DNA from: a virus
DNA: 64,000 nt
Direction: 5' to 3' (one strand)
IMG/VR virus record: IMGVR_UViG_3300032223_001832
Span: 1 to 64,000 of that record
In this document: one piece after another, positions 29,118 to 39,482 of the stretch
How the letters are laid out: each line of letters begins with the position of its first letter
Position numbering within the stretch: position 1 is the first letter of the stretch
Notes under the pieces: generated by a model
Database searches by the model: none
What the model saw: the letters and a program-made list of their open reading frames with translations, nothing else
Told to the model about the DNA's origin: nothing
Made by a program: the position numbers and the translations under genes

Positions 29118-31742
29118 ATGGCACGGTATGGAATTGATTACTACCTCGTATCGTATTACGGGTCTGACAACCCCGTTCACTACGACGCCTCTCCATTTAC
29201 AGCAAAATCAAATGGGTACGGTTCCATACAACTAAACTGGGTTAACCCGACAGGACAATGGGCAAAGCTTAAGATTGTTAGAAACAGCTACGGATTTCCA
29301 GTAGATGCTTTTGATGGTATTGAAATTATCACTACTTATAACGGCAACAGCCCAGCAGTTAGCGTTGTTGACAACTTTAACTTAGTTCCTGGAGCTTTTT
29401 ATTACTATTCAATATTTATCTTTAGCACAGTGCAGTACCGTTGGCTAAAAGCAGGAACTGCTACAGGATTATCTGTTAAGAACTTTGGCAATAGCGATAA
29501 GATGTATAACTACTTACCGTCTACTTATAAAATCTCTGACACGTTTGACGCTACCGACTCCGCGGACAACCAAGACCTTTACAACTTCTTGAGCTTATTT
29601 GGGTTTGAGCTAGATTACGAACAATCTCTTACAGAGCTTTTAATTAACCGTTATAACGTTGAAATAGTAAACGGAAATCTAATCCCTTTGATGTTAAATC
29701 AGTTTGGTCTTAAGTTTGAGCCTGAACTTGGATACCAGCAATCACGCGTTCTTTTGCGCAACGGAATTAAATTCCTTCAAAAAAAAGGAACAGCTGAAGG
29801 TTTAAGAGAATACATTAAAGCGTTTAGTAGCTACGCCGTTCCAAACCCTGTGTCTCCCCCAGTACTAACCCAAATTTCTACAGGAGAATACGCCGTAAGC
29901 CCTAGTACTGTATCAACAGCTCCAAACCCAAGTCTTGACGGTTTAACCGTAGGCCACAACATAATGTTGGACTACAACGATTCTTCTTTTGAAGAGGGAA
30001 TGGGAAACTGGATTTACGACCCTGCAGGTTCCCCAGCGACTCTTTCTGCACTATTAGTAGACACCGCAACTACTATGTCTATTACATCTAATGTGGCAAC
30101 TTTAGATATTGGAACGCACAACTACCAAGTAGGTACTGCCGTTTACGTATCTAATGCGCCTATGGCTATATTTAATACTCCATTAGCTCCTGTAACTATT
30201 ACAGCCGTCACCGCTACCACGATTAGCTACGCGTTGACTGCTGCAGATACCCCAACAACTTCAGCTCTAAACTTAACTAACCTTCCACCAACCTATACCA
30301 TTGTTACTCCCTCTCCAGTACCTTGGGCGGAGTCCACTGCGCCAATTTCATTCCCTAATAAGCAAAAGGGAATTTTTGCTGTAAAGAACTCTGGAAGCTC
30401 TAGCCAGACACTTACAGTGCTTTGCGGAACGCCAACATCTGTTTACAAGAGTATCCCTGTAACAGCTAGCTCTTGGTACACATTTAGTTCTTACACTGCT
30501 AAAGGAACTACTGCTAGAACAGTAACTCCAATTATCAAATGGTACGACCGTTTTGGCACATTTTTGTCTACCTCTACGGGAACTGGGGTATCAAACAACA
30601 CAACTGTTTTTTCAAGTTCTTATCGTCCATACGTAAGCGCTCAAGCACCTTCTACAGCGTACTTTGCAATTCCTGGTTTCACTATCGCTTCGGTAGGTGC
30701 AGCGTCTACAAATGAGTACCATTACTTTGATTGTGCTCAATTTGAGTTATCTGTGTCAAACGCTAGCACTAGCGCACCTTCAAGTTTTGACGAAGCCCGC
30801 CAAATCCATATTACCCTTAAAGCAACACGTATTAACGAGCTTTTAAATCCTGACATGGTTTACAGTGGAACTTCGTTTACTCCTTGGTCATACACAGGAG
30901 CTACAGCAGCACAGGACATCTCTAACCCAGAACCTGGAATTCACATTTATAACATTACAGCTTCATCTATATCTTCTAGCGTAGCTACCATAACTGTAGA
31001 CAGCTACCATGATATTAATATAAGCGACAAAATTTATATCCCATCCGTATCTGGAACAGGGGTAACTGCCGCTAATTACACTGGAGAACGCACTGTTACA
31101 GCGGTAGGAAATAACACAATTTCTTTTGCTACCTCTGGAAGCACTCAGGCATCATTAGCAACAACAGGAACTGCTTACTCAGAAGGCCACGCAATGAAGC
31201 TAACTGCTACAGCAACTTCTGTTGTTCTTAAGTCGTACACAACCAACGACCAAATGTGTGGAATTTTTTACCCTAATACTTCATACACATTCAGCATTTA
31301 TGGAATTGTTGGCTCTGGCACAGAACAAGTAACTCCTAAAATTATTTGGCTTAACACAAGCCGTTCAGTTATCAGCACCAGCACAGGAACACCCACAACA
31401 ATTAAAACTTCATGGACTAGAACCTCAGTAACCGCAACAGCCCCAACAAATGCGGCGTACGCTTATGTAGAACTAGACTGGACTACCACTGTAGGTAAAA
31501 CCCTTACTGTAGACCGAGCATTGTTTGAGAATAGCGCGTTTGCTCTAGACTACTTTAGCGGAAGCACAGGACCTGCAGAAGTTGGTTCTTTGTTCTGGGA
31601 AGCTAGCAATACTAACTATGGCCGAAGCCACCTTTACCGTAACCGAGTAGCAACTCAAAACCGTTTGGTAAACGGAGGACTTCGAGATTTTGTACCTCTA
31701 GGTTCAACCTTTGCGTTGTACTTAGCCCAACCACAAACGTAG
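29118..31742 (+). CDS. Baseplate wedge/tail protein I-like with carbohydrate-binding-like domains
   Basis: 'KKGTAEGL', 'DSSFEEG.G.W', two CBM-like 'YTFS.Y...I.W....G..S...AP..A.YA' domains. Confidence 0.75.
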   Translation: MARYGIDYYLVSYYGSDNPVHYDASPFTAKSNGYGSIQLNWVNPTGQWAKLKIVRNSYGFPVDAFDGIEIITTYNGNSPAVSVVDNFNLVPGAFYYYSIFIFSTVQYRWLKAGTATGLSVKNFGNSDKMYNYLPSTYKISDTFDATDSADNQDLYNFLSLFGFELDYEQSLTELLINRYNVEIVNGNLIPLMLNQFGLKFEPELGYQQSRVLLRNGIKFLQKKGTAEGLREYIKAFSSYAVPNPVSPPVLTQISTGEYAVSPSTVSTAPNPSLDGLTVGHNIMLDYNDSSFEEGMGNWIYDPAGSPATLSALLVDTATTMSITSNVATLDIGTHNYQVGTAVYVSNAPMAIFNTPLAPVTITAVTATTISYALTAADTPTTSALNLTNLPPTYTIVTPSPVPWAESTAPISFPNKQKGIFAVKNSGSSSQTLTVLCGTPTSVYKSIPVTASSWYTFSSYTAKGTTARTVTPIIKWYDRFGTFLSTSTGTGVSNNTTVFSSSYRPYVSAQAPSTAYFAIPGFTIASVGAASTNEYHYFDCAQFELSVSNASTSAPSSFDEARQIHITLKATRINELLNPDMVYSGTSFTPWSYTGATAAQDISNPEPGIHIYNITASSISSSVATITVDSYHDINISDKIYIPSVSGTGVTAANYTGERTVTAVGNNTISFATSGSTQASLATTGTAYSEGHAMKLTATATSVVLKSYTTNDQMCGIFYPNTSYTFSIYGIVGSGTEQVTPKIIWLNTSRSVISTSTGTPTTIKTSWTRTSVTATAPTNAAYAYVELDWTTTVGKTLTVDRALFENSAFALDYFSGSTGPAEVGSLFWEASNTNYGRSHLYRNRVATQNRLVNGGLRDFVPLGSTFALYLAQPQT

Positions 31743-31754
31743 TACTATTAGCAC

Positions 31755-32030
31755 ATGTTTCATATTGCTCTCGTAGGTATGTTTGTTGCATTCTTTATTG
31801 CAATCTTTACCCCTGCTCTTGAAATTGCTGCTGTGTTTGTAGGGCCAATAGCTGCAAACTCTGTGTTCGCTCTCCTTGTCTCTTTTGGAGCCAATTACCT
31901 TACCGATACACACGGTGTCAAGTCTTACGTGGTTTACACGGTTGCTGGGGCGTTTCTTGGTGGAGTTTTTGCCGTAGGCGCTGAAAGACTCGCTAATTCT
32001 CGAGCAAACGTTTACTCAGCTAGACAGTAA
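31755..32030 (+). CDS. Small membrane protein (holin-like)
   Basis: 91 aa with about 3 hydrophobic segments at the end of the tail module. Confidence 0.5.
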   Translation: MFHIALVGMFVAFFIAIFTPALEIAAVFVGPIAANSVFALLVSFGANYLTDTHGVKSYVVYTVAGAFLGGVFAVGAERLANSRANVYSARQ

Positions 32031-32048
32031 ATAATCCTGTGCTAGATT
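32021..32048 (+). promoter_or_regulatory. Sigma70-type promoter for the replication module
   Basis: TAGACA-16 nt-TAGATT with an extended TG. Confidence 0.55.
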
Positions 32049-32073
32049 AAGGGCCCCCTACAAGGAGGTCCTA

Positions 32074-32721
32074 ATGGACAGATATTATGTGTTAGTAACA
32101 GGTAACGGAGTTACCACCCGCGCTAATTTAGAAGCGCTTATGGAAGACCATTATTACGCTAATGGCCCTAAGGGTATTTTAGTTTTAGCGTTTAATGGCA
32201 AACCAAGTCAAGGTCAAGTATTTGCAGCCCAGATGGCTAAAGACAAAGGCCTTGAAATTTTAGTATGGAATACCAAAGAAGATGCCGAGGGGCTACCCCC
32301 TTGTACCGTCGTTCAATCTGACAACCCATTAATGTCTGCAGTTGCATACATTGAAGACGACAAAGCAATCGCTTTTGTTTTGTGGTCAGACGAAGACCAA
32401 ATTTCCCACGACACTTTAGCCATCTGCAAAGAGGTTGGCGTTAAGTGCTTTGACTTAACAGACGGACTAAACCCTTTGATACCGTCCGATGAGATTAAGT
32501 ACGAGAAACCCGTACCTGTCCCTAAGCCTGAAGTCGAGGTTGAAGAAGAGGACGAGAACCCCGAAGACGACCTAGACGAGGACGACGAGGATATGGACGA
32601 AGAGGACGAAGTCTTTGAAGCGGTCTTCTTTGGCCTTGAGGCCTTAGCCAAGATGATAGCCAAGGCCGTGGTGGCCGAGCTGGATGCCTCTAAAAAGCCT
32701 CAGAAGGGCTCTAAGGCGTGA
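32074..32721 (+). CDS. Hypothetical protein with acidic linker
   Basis: AAGGAGG RBS; Rossmann-like start 'YVLVTGNG'; D/E tract. Confidence 0.7.
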   Translation: MDRYYVLVTGNGVTTRANLEALMEDHYYANGPKGILVLAFNGKPSQGQVFAAQMAKDKGLEILVWNTKEDAEGLPPCTVVQSDNPLMSAVAYIEDDKAIAFVLWSDEDQISHDTLAICKEVGVKCFDLTDGLNPLIPSDEIKYEKPVPVPKPEVEVEEEDENPEDDLDEDDEDMDEEDEVFEAVFFGLEALAKMIAKAVVAELDASKKPQKGSKA

Positions 32722-33530
32722 TTACAGCCAGGGCGCTAGGTGTCTACGTGTACTTGAAGGCTACAAGCGCCCTAATAAGCGCTGAAAGCCTTTCTGCCAT
32801 CTTTCCTGAGGGACGGGATGCCTTAAGAACCTCACTCAGAGAGCTCAGAGAAGCTGGGCTTATTAAAACGACCAAAGTCAATATTAACGGTCGTATTATG
32901 ACTGTCAGCCAACTTGTGGAGACGGATTACTGGGCCCTAGAAAGCCGCCTTCTACCACTACAGACACAGCTGAATAGCTCATATATACATATAGATAATT
33001 CTATAAATAGTAAACCGAATAGCGAAACAAGTTCGCGGGAGGCTCAAATGGAATATTATGAAACGGAAGAGGAACGCCTCGAGGCTAAGCAAAAGCATGA
33101 TGAGCGCAAGCATCGGGAAAAGATGGAGCAGCACGAGTCACGCCGCCAAGAGCGGATGTTAAAGCGTGACCCAGCGAATGCTGCTGGTTGGTCTTCTACA
33201 GATTCCGCTTTTGAGTTTGCCGAGCAGATGCACAGCATTTGGCACATTCAACCTTGGCAGGTTACTCGTAGTCGTTTTCGTTTTGCTCTTGACGGTAAGC
33301 GCAAAGAGTACAACACCGACGGGGCTATTGAACTTGAGATGATGCAGTTGTACTTTGGGACTATCAAGCATGATACGAAGTTAACTGACCCAGAAATTAT
33401 TTGGAAGCGGTTTATTGTTCAATTCCACAACTTGCTTATCGAGGCAAAGCGTCTTACGGTTACCTCGGAACAGATTGAGGAAATCAAGGCAGAGGCTGAG
33501 AAGTCTCAGGAATGGTTGGATAATGTTTAA
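32718..33530 (+). CDS. Replication initiator (N-terminal wHTH)
   Basis: 'ARALGVYVYL...EGRDALRTSLRELREAGLI'; lies directly before a DnaC-like loader. Confidence 0.7.
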   Translation: MITARALGVYVYLKATSALISAESLSAIFPEGRDALRTSLRELREAGLIKTTKVNINGRIMTVSQLVETDYWALESRLLPLQTQLNSSYIHIDNSINSKPNSETSSREAQMEYYETEEERLEAKQKHDERKHREKMEQHESRRQERMLKRDPANAAGWSSTDSAFEFAEQMHSIWHIQPWQVTRSRFRFALDGKRKEYNTDGAIELEMMQLYFGTIKHDTKLTDPEIIWKRFIVQFHNLLIEAKRLTVTSEQIEEIKAEAEKSQEWLDNV

Positions 33531-34215
33531 TCTAAACGAGGTTAAAGTACGACGCCGTGCTTGGATTAAAGCCGCACGCATTCCTGAAGCACGTGTTGGT
33601 TGGGAGATGGCTGACTGTAAAGATATTTCTCCAACAGACATTGCCAAAATTGAAAAGTGGGTTGCCGCAGTTCGCAAAGGCGTAGTTATCCGAGCAACTG
33701 GTCAAATGACTTGTGGCAAAGGAATTATGTTTTGGGGAACCCCAGGACAAGGAAAAACAACTTTGTCTCTTGCCCTTATTCAAGAGCTTATGCGCACCCT
33801 TTCATTAGAAGAGTTTGACGTTAAAGAAAGCAACGTGCTTATCCGTCCCTGCTACTTTTCTACGTTTAACGACATCCTTGAGCTAAAGAGTTTGCTTATG
33901 GATAAGCTTGCAAATGATGACCAAGAGGTTATCTACGAAGGTATCTTGGGCCAATGCCCTAATGATGCTTTTAACATCAGAGTTCTTATTATCGATGACA
34001 TCGGTAAGGAGCATGCAGGTCTCACAGGTTGGCAGAAGAACCAACTTCACCATATCCTGCGCACTAGATTTAACAACGGTCTACCGACTATTGTTACTAC
34101 CAACGTAGAACGAAAGGATTGGGCTGGTCTTTATGGCGACGCTACAGAAAGTTTTGCTAATGAGGCTTTTACCTACATCCCAATTACATCAGTTAAGGGC
34201 GACCTTAGAAAATGA
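33523..34215 (+). CDS. DnaC/IstB-like helicase loader ATPase
   Basis: Walker A GTPGQGKT, Walker B 'LIIDDIGKE', 'RFNNGLPTIVTTN'. Confidence 0.9.
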   Translation: MFNLNEVKVRRRAWIKAARIPEARVGWEMADCKDISPTDIAKIEKWVAAVRKGVVIRATGQMTCGKGIMFWGTPGQGKTTLSLALIQELMRTLSLEEFDVKESNVLIRPCYFSTFNDILELKSLLMDKLANDDQEVIYEGILGQCPNDAFNIRVLIIDDIGKEHAGLTGWQKNQLHHILRTRFNNGLPTIVTTNVERKDWAGLYGDATESFANEAFTYIPITSVKGDLRK

Positions 34216-34526
34216 AAGGATTCCAAGTGAGTGACGACGCTCGTCTTATACAAGTATTTTTGAGCCAAGCACAGACTCCTGGGCCTGGCATTTATGAAGT
34301 GTCTTCCACAGACAGTGGTAAGTTTATTTGCACTTGTCCTGGGTATAGAGGCCGCTCTACATGTAAGCATATTAAGTTTGTAAAAGAACGTTTAGAGGAC
34401 AACGACGGAACTTATCCTCTTGAAATTTCCACCAAAGCTTCTGAAGAAGAAGCCAAGAAAGCTCAAAGGTCTAATGAAGACTTTAGAGAGTTTATTATCA
34501 AGTACGGGAAAATTGAGGTTTTCTAA
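34212..34526 (+). CDS. SWIM zinc-finger protein
   Basis: 'CTCPGY.GRSTCKH'. Confidence 0.8.
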   Translation: MKGFQVSDDARLIQVFLSQAQTPGPGIYEVSSTDSGKFICTCPGYRGRSTCKHIKFVKERLEDNDGTYPLEISTKASEEEAKKAQRSNEDFREFIIKYGKIEVF

Positions 34527-34934
34527 ATGCGTAAGGGAGATATCAGCAATGAGCTCCCCCAAAGAATATTAGTTACAACAGACGTATTCTTAAATGTAGA
34601 GCTCACTGTTAAAAAGAAGTTCAAAGTAATACCAATAGTAAAAGTAGATAAACACATCAATCGTGCTCCTCTTAGTTTTCTTTACTTGTTTACTATGAAA
34701 AAGGGTGTAACCCTTGAATTAGTTTCTTTTGATTTGGATGAGGAACAGCTCAACCAGATTATGGAAATGCTTGACGGAATGGGTACTAATCCGTTTAGAT
34801 ACTTCACGGCGTACGGTTCTCTCAGCCAACTGGTTGACGAGTTGCCTTATCGACCAGAGGTAGTTGGCGTTTTAGACAAACCTGATAGATTGCTACGATA
34901 CGGACACTGGGGATTGGATTTCAATAGCTTATGA
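34527..34934 (+). CDS. Hypothetical protein (possibly degenerate HAD-like)
   Basis: 135 aa within the replication operon. Confidence 0.6.
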   Translation: MRKGDISNELPQRILVTTDVFLNVELTVKKKFKVIPIVKVDKHINRAPLSFLYLFTMKKGVTLELVSFDLDEEQLNQIMEMLDGMGTNPFRYFTAYGSLSQLVDELPYRPEVVGVLDKPDRLLRYGHWGLDFNSL

Positions 34935-36157
34935 ATAACGAAGCACGTTTACTTAGCAAGATTATTGAAACACGCAATCTTGGTTTAGCTCTTGAGCGCA
35001 GTGTTAATGACACTTGGTTTGCAGACTCCTCGGATAAGAATTTATTTAAGTTCATGCACTCGCACTATGCCGAGTACCAAGAATGTCCTAGTCTTGATGT
35101 AATTAGAGAAAATTTCCCTACCTATTCTGTTTTGCAGGTAGATGACAGCATTGACTATCTTCTTGACAAGATGGTTGAGAGCCGCCGTAAAGTGGCTATC
35201 GTCAATACGATTGGTAACGCATTAGACGAGATTGAAAAGAAGAAAGACCACGAAGCCGCTCTTGTACAGATTGAGCGCGGTCTTATTCGTCTTGAGGAAG
35301 AAGGGCTTAATCGCTCTAACGACCTTGAAATTACAGCAGCAGCTAAACGCGCCAAGAAAGACTATGAGTTTAGAAAAAATAACCCAGGGTTGCTTGGATT
35401 ACCCACAGGCTTTAGAACTATGGACGAAGCGACTTCTGGCCTACAGCCAGGGCAGTTGATTGTTATTGTGGCTCCGCCTAAAACGGGTAAATCAACTCTT
35501 GCTTTGCAGATTGCTATTAACTGTCATCTTGCAGGCAAAGTTCCTATGTTCATGTCTTTTGAGATGAGCAACGCTGAACAGGTAAGCCGTTACTTTGCTA
35601 TGCGTGCCCGTATCAGCCATCGCCGTTTAATGACAGGTACTTTGAACCCTGATGAAGAGGCTCGTTACTACACCAAGGCAGAGAACACAGAGCTTATGGA
35701 AGATAAATTCTGGTTCGTTGACTCAGCCAACGGTCAGACAGTAAGCGCTGTAGCCAGCAAGATTCAAAGTAAAAACCCTGACATCATTTTTATTGACGGT
35801 ACTTACCTTATGATTGACGAGCTTGGGGCTGATGCTGGAACACCGCAAGCAATTACTAACATCACTCGTTCTTTAAAGCGTCTTGCACAGAAAGTTAACA
35901 AACCAATTGTTATCTCTACTCAGGCTTTAACGTGGAAGATGAAGAAAGGCCAAGTAAGCGCAGATTCTATTGGTTACTCTTCTTCTTTCCACCAAGACGC
36001 AGACGTTATCTTTGGCTTACAGCGCGAAGACGAGAACGTAGACGACACTCGTTTGCTTCGTGTTATTGCCAGCCGTAATGGTGGCCTCAGTGAAGTCTCA
36101 TTACTATGGGATTGGGATACAGGACAGTTCCGCGAGGTTACAAACGATGACCTTTGA
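34931..36157 (+). CDS. dnaB: Replicative DNA helicase
   Basis: 'LPTGF..MDEATSGLQPGQLIVI.APPKTGKS', 'SFEMS', 'QDAD'. Confidence 0.95.
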   Translation: MNNEARLLSKIIETRNLGLALERSVNDTWFADSSDKNLFKFMHSHYAEYQECPSLDVIRENFPTYSVLQVDDSIDYLLDKMVESRRKVAIVNTIGNALDEIEKKKDHEAALVQIERGLIRLEEEGLNRSNDLEITAAAKRAKKDYEFRKNNPGLLGLPTGFRTMDEATSGLQPGQLIVIVAPPKTGKSTLALQIAINCHLAGKVPMFMSFEMSNAEQVSRYFAMRARISHRRLMTGTLNPDEEARYYTKAENTELMEDKFWFVDSANGQTVSAVASKIQSKNPDIIFIDGTYLMIDELGADAGTPQAITNITRSLKRLAQKVNKPIVISTQALTWKMKKGQVSADSIGYSSSFHQDADVIFGLQREDENVDDTRLLRVIASRNGGLSEVSLLWDWDTGQFREVTNDDL

Positions 36158-37076
36158 TGAAATGACTGAAACGCTATCCCGACTTGGGGTAGAGGTTTTA
36201 GACAGCCGTGGAGACGAGATTAACGGCTATTGTGCAGCACATGAAGAGCGCACTGGTCACATTGACCATAACCCTTCATGGTGGATAAACGCAGACTCAG
36301 GTGCATTCATTTGTTTTTCTTGTGGTTGGAAGGGGAATGTTTACACCCTTATTCAATACATTGAAAAGGTTGAGTACGCAGATGTAAAAGATTGGCTTGG
36401 GTCTACCGCCAGTTTAACTGCGCGGTTTAATAACTTAAACAAAGTTAAACGCCAACCTATTGAAGAGCCAGTCAAGGTAGAGGAAGCAATGCTGGGGGCT
36501 TACACACAGGTTCCAGTATTAGCGGCTCAAGACCGAGGTCTTTCTCTGGTGCAGTGTGACGCTTATGGGCTTAAATGGAATGCTTACTACGGACGTTGGA
36601 TTATCCCTATTCGTGACCCATTTACTAATAAATTATTAGGATGGCAGGAGAAGGGTCACACAGAACGGTTCTTTAAGAACGTTCCTCCAGGCATGAAAAA
36701 AAGCACGGCTCTGTTTGGTTATGAGAACTACAAAGGCGGTGACATGATTGTAGTTGAATCGCCTTTAGACGTGGTAAGACTAGCTTCTATTGGGATTACA
36801 GGCGGTGTTGCTACATTTGGCGCCATGGTTTCTAAAGAACAGCTAAACCTCATTAGAGGCGCAGACCGCATCATATTTGCTATGGACAACGACGAAGCTG
36901 GTAGAGTGTCCTCACAAGAACTTCTAAAGCTTTGCAATGAGCTAATGACTGAATGTTGGTTTTTCCATTATGGGGACATTGACGTTAAGGATATTGGAGG
37001 CATGAGCAAAGACGAAGTACTAAACGGTTTAGCAAATGCTCGACATTCTGCTAGAGGGGAGAAAGCAATATCATGA
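36147..37076 (+). CDS. DNA primase (Zn finger + Toprim)
   Basis: 'C..H...CFSC', 'VVESPLD', 'MDNDEAG', 'KDIG'. Confidence 0.9.
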   Translation: MTFDEMTETLSRLGVEVLDSRGDEINGYCAAHEERTGHIDHNPSWWINADSGAFICFSCGWKGNVYTLIQYIEKVEYADVKDWLGSTASLTARFNNLNKVKRQPIEEPVKVEEAMLGAYTQVPVLAAQDRGLSLVQCDAYGLKWNAYYGRWIIPIRDPFTNKLLGWQEKGHTERFFKNVPPGMKKSTALFGYENYKGGDMIVVESPLDVVRLASIGITGGVATFGAMVSKEQLNLIRGADRIIFAMDNDEAGRVSSQELLKLCNELMTECWFFHYGDIDVKDIGGMSKDEVLNGLANARHSARGEKAIS

Positions 37077-37147
37077 AAGAGATTCTTGGTTATTTAATGG
37101 TTATTGTTGGCACTTGGACCGCTATTAACTTGTTGAGGAAGTTTTAA
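37073..37147 (+). CDS. 24-aa membrane peptide
   Basis: MKEILGYLMVIVGTWTAINLLRKF; ATGA/TAATG-coupled on both sides. Confidence 0.5.
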   Translation: MKEILGYLMVIVGTWTAINLLRKF

Positions 37148-37695
37148 TGATTATTGGTTTAACTGGGTATGCTCAGTCTGGCAAAGACACAGTAGCGAAC
37201 ATTCTTGTTGAAAACTACGGTTTTACGCGTGTGGCTTTTGCTGACAAGATTCGTGAACTTCTGTACGAAATGAACCCCAAGATAATTGTCGGATACGATA
37301 ACCACACTACAGTCCAACTTATGGTTGACCATGATGGCTGGGATGTTGCTAAGCAGAACCCCGATGTTAGGGCCATGCTTCAAAATATTGGCGTAGGCGC
37401 TCGCAAAGTGTTTGGAGAAGAGTTTTGGATTGCCAAGGCTTTACAAGGCCGTGATTGGTCTATCCCTACCGTGATTACCGATGTTCGGTTTGAAAACGAA
37501 GCTCGTTTACTAAAGAAGTGGAGCCCTGAAGATACCCAACTATGGCGTATTAAACGTTTGGGCATAGGGGCGGTTAATTCTCACGTATCTGAAAAAGAGA
37601 TGGACGGCTACCCTGTTGACCAAATCTTTGTTAACAACGGAACTATTGCTGACCTAGAGGTTTTAATTAAAATAAGGATGAATGGCTTAAAGTGA
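37147..37695 (+). CDS. Deoxynucleoside monophosphate kinase
   Basis: 'IIGLTGYAQSGKDT', 'ITDVRFENE', 'HVSE'. Confidence 0.9.
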   Translation: MIIGLTGYAQSGKDTVANILVENYGFTRVAFADKIRELLYEMNPKIIVGYDNHTTVQLMVDHDGWDVAKQNPDVRAMLQNIGVGARKVFGEEFWIAKALQGRDWSIPTVITDVRFENEARLLKKWSPEDTQLWRIKRLGIGAVNSHVSEKEMDGYPVDQIFVNNGTIADLEVLIKIRMNGLK

Positions 37696-39281
37696 CGTTC
37701 ACTGGCACTCTTTTACCTTATCAACCCGAGGCTGTAGACCGCATGTGCGAGCGCGGAAAGATGCTTGTTGCATACGACCTTGGACTTGGTAAAACCGTTC
37801 TTACTATTGCCGCTATAGAACGGCTTATGGATGAGAACAAAGTTAAAGAGCCAGGTCTTATAATTTGTTTATCTTCACTGAAATACCAGTGGGCTAATCA
37901 GATTGAGAAATTTACAAGTGGTACTTCAAACGCTTTGGTCATTGATGGAACCCCAGCAAAACGCAAAGAACAATACGAACAGGCGTTCGACTGGCATAAT
38001 TCAGGGGTTGACTACATCATTCTCAATTATGAGCAAATTGTTAACGACTGGGACAGCGTTAAGAACCTCCCAAGAGGCTTTGTTGTACTCGACGAAGCAA
38101 CAGCCATCAAATCATTTAAATCAAAACGAACCAAAGCAGTAAAGAGATTAATTAACGCTCCTTTTAGATTTGCTTTAACTGGTACTCCAATTGAAAACGG
38201 AAAACCAGAAGAGCTCTACAGCATCATGCAGTTTGTAGACACCAACCTTCTTGGTCGTTTTGACATCTTTGACAAAACCTTTATCGTTCGTAACAACTGG
38301 GGCGGTGTAGAACGCTACAAAAATTTGTCTACGCTACATGATGCTCTTAAACCTAGCTGTGTACGTAAGTCGCAAAAAGACCCTGACGTTGCCCCTTATC
38401 TTCCTGAGTCTATTCACAAAGAGCCTGTGATGATTACCTTTGACCGTAAAACATCCAAGCTTTACAGCAGAATTACAAATGACCTTATTCAAGAGTTAGA
38501 CGACGCACAAGCTCTATTTGGGGCGTCTTTTAACATTCATGCTCATTACGGCTACGAATCTAAACGCGGTGGCCCTGAGGATGAAATTAGAGGTAAGATA
38601 ATGTCTAAGATAGGTTGCCTTAAGATGCTGTGTTCTCACCCGCAGCTTTTGGTCACCAGTTCTCAAAAGTTTCATCAACTAAACGGAGAAGGGTCCGCAT
38701 ATGCGTCAGAATTGGTTAGTAGTGGTGCTCTCGACGGTGTTACTAGTTCGCCTAAACTGGATTACCTTATCCAGTATGTTAAAGACTTTCTTGAACAAAA
38801 CGAAGCAAACAAAGTAGTTATATTTGCTACTTACGTAGACATGTTAGACATGATTGCTGAGGCTTTAGGTCCTGAGCAATGTCGTTTGTATTCAGGTAAG
38901 TTAGACGCTAAAACTAAAGAGGAGAACAAAATTGCTTTTAATACTGACCCTAATACTCGTGTCCTCATTAGTTCTGACGCTGGCGGGTATGGTGTTGATT
39001 TACCAGCAGCGAACTTACTACTTAACTATGATTTGCCGTGGAGCAGCGGGGCAGCTATCCAAAGAAATGGAAGAATTAAGCGCGCTTCTTCAACGTGGGG
39101 CACTATTGTTATCCAAGACATCCTCATCTCAGGCTCCATCGAAGAACGACAGTGGGAAGCCCTCCAGTTCAAAACCTCAGTAGCAGATGCGGTTATTGAT
39201 GGAGAAGGAATTGATGAAGAAGACGGAATTAACATGTCTATAGGTAGTTTAAAGCAATTCCTATCTGGGGCTATCGTATAG
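37692..39281 (+). CDS. SNF2-family helicase
   Basis: 'DLGLGKT', 'LDEA', 'LTGTPIEN', 'QRNGRIKR'. Confidence 0.9.
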   Translation: MTFTGTLLPYQPEAVDRMCERGKMLVAYDLGLGKTVLTIAAIERLMDENKVKEPGLIICLSSLKYQWANQIEKFTSGTSNALVIDGTPAKRKEQYEQAFDWHNSGVDYIILNYEQIVNDWDSVKNLPRGFVVLDEATAIKSFKSKRTKAVKRLINAPFRFALTGTPIENGKPEELYSIMQFVDTNLLGRFDIFDKTFIVRNNWGGVERYKNLSTLHDALKPSCVRKSQKDPDVAPYLPESIHKEPVMITFDRKTSKLYSRITNDLIQELDDAQALFGASFNIHAHYGYESKRGGPEDEIRGKIMSKIGCLKMLCSHPQLLVTSSQKFHQLNGEGSAYASELVSSGALDGVTSSPKLDYLIQYVKDFLEQNEANKVVIFATYVDMLDMIAEALGPEQCRLYSGKLDAKTKEENKIAFNTDPNTRVLISSDAGGYGVDLPAANLLLNYDLPWSSGAAIQRNGRIKRASSTWGTIVIQDILISGSIEERQWEALQFKTSVADAVIDGEGIDEEDGINMSIGSLKQFLSGAIV

Positions 39282-39290
39282 AATATAGGG

Positions 39291-39440
39291 ATGCCTAATG
39301 CACCTAAGACTCCTACACGTACTATCCGTGTATCTGACAGCCTATGGTCTGCTGTCCAAAAGAAGGCGGCTCAAGAGAAAGTCACCGTTACAAGCGTGAT
39401 AATTGAGGCTCTCGAAGCGTATGTCGGGGTTGACAAGTAA
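39291..39440 (+). CDS. Ribbon-helix-helix DNA-binding protein
   Basis: MPNAPKTPTRTIRVSDSLWSAVQKKAAQEKVTVTSVIIEALEAYV (not in the ORF track); TAGAAT 6 nt upstream. Confidence 0.8.
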   Translation: MPNAPKTPTRTIRVSDSLWSAVQKKAAQEKVTVTSVIIEALEAYVGVDK

Positions 39441-39458
39441 TCTAACCCGTATTAAGTT
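39430..39458 (+). promoter_or_regulatory. Sigma70-type promoter
   Basis: TTGACA-17 nt-TAAGTT. Confidence 0.65.
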
Positions 39459-39482
39459 GGGGCTCCTAAACAGGGGAGAACC

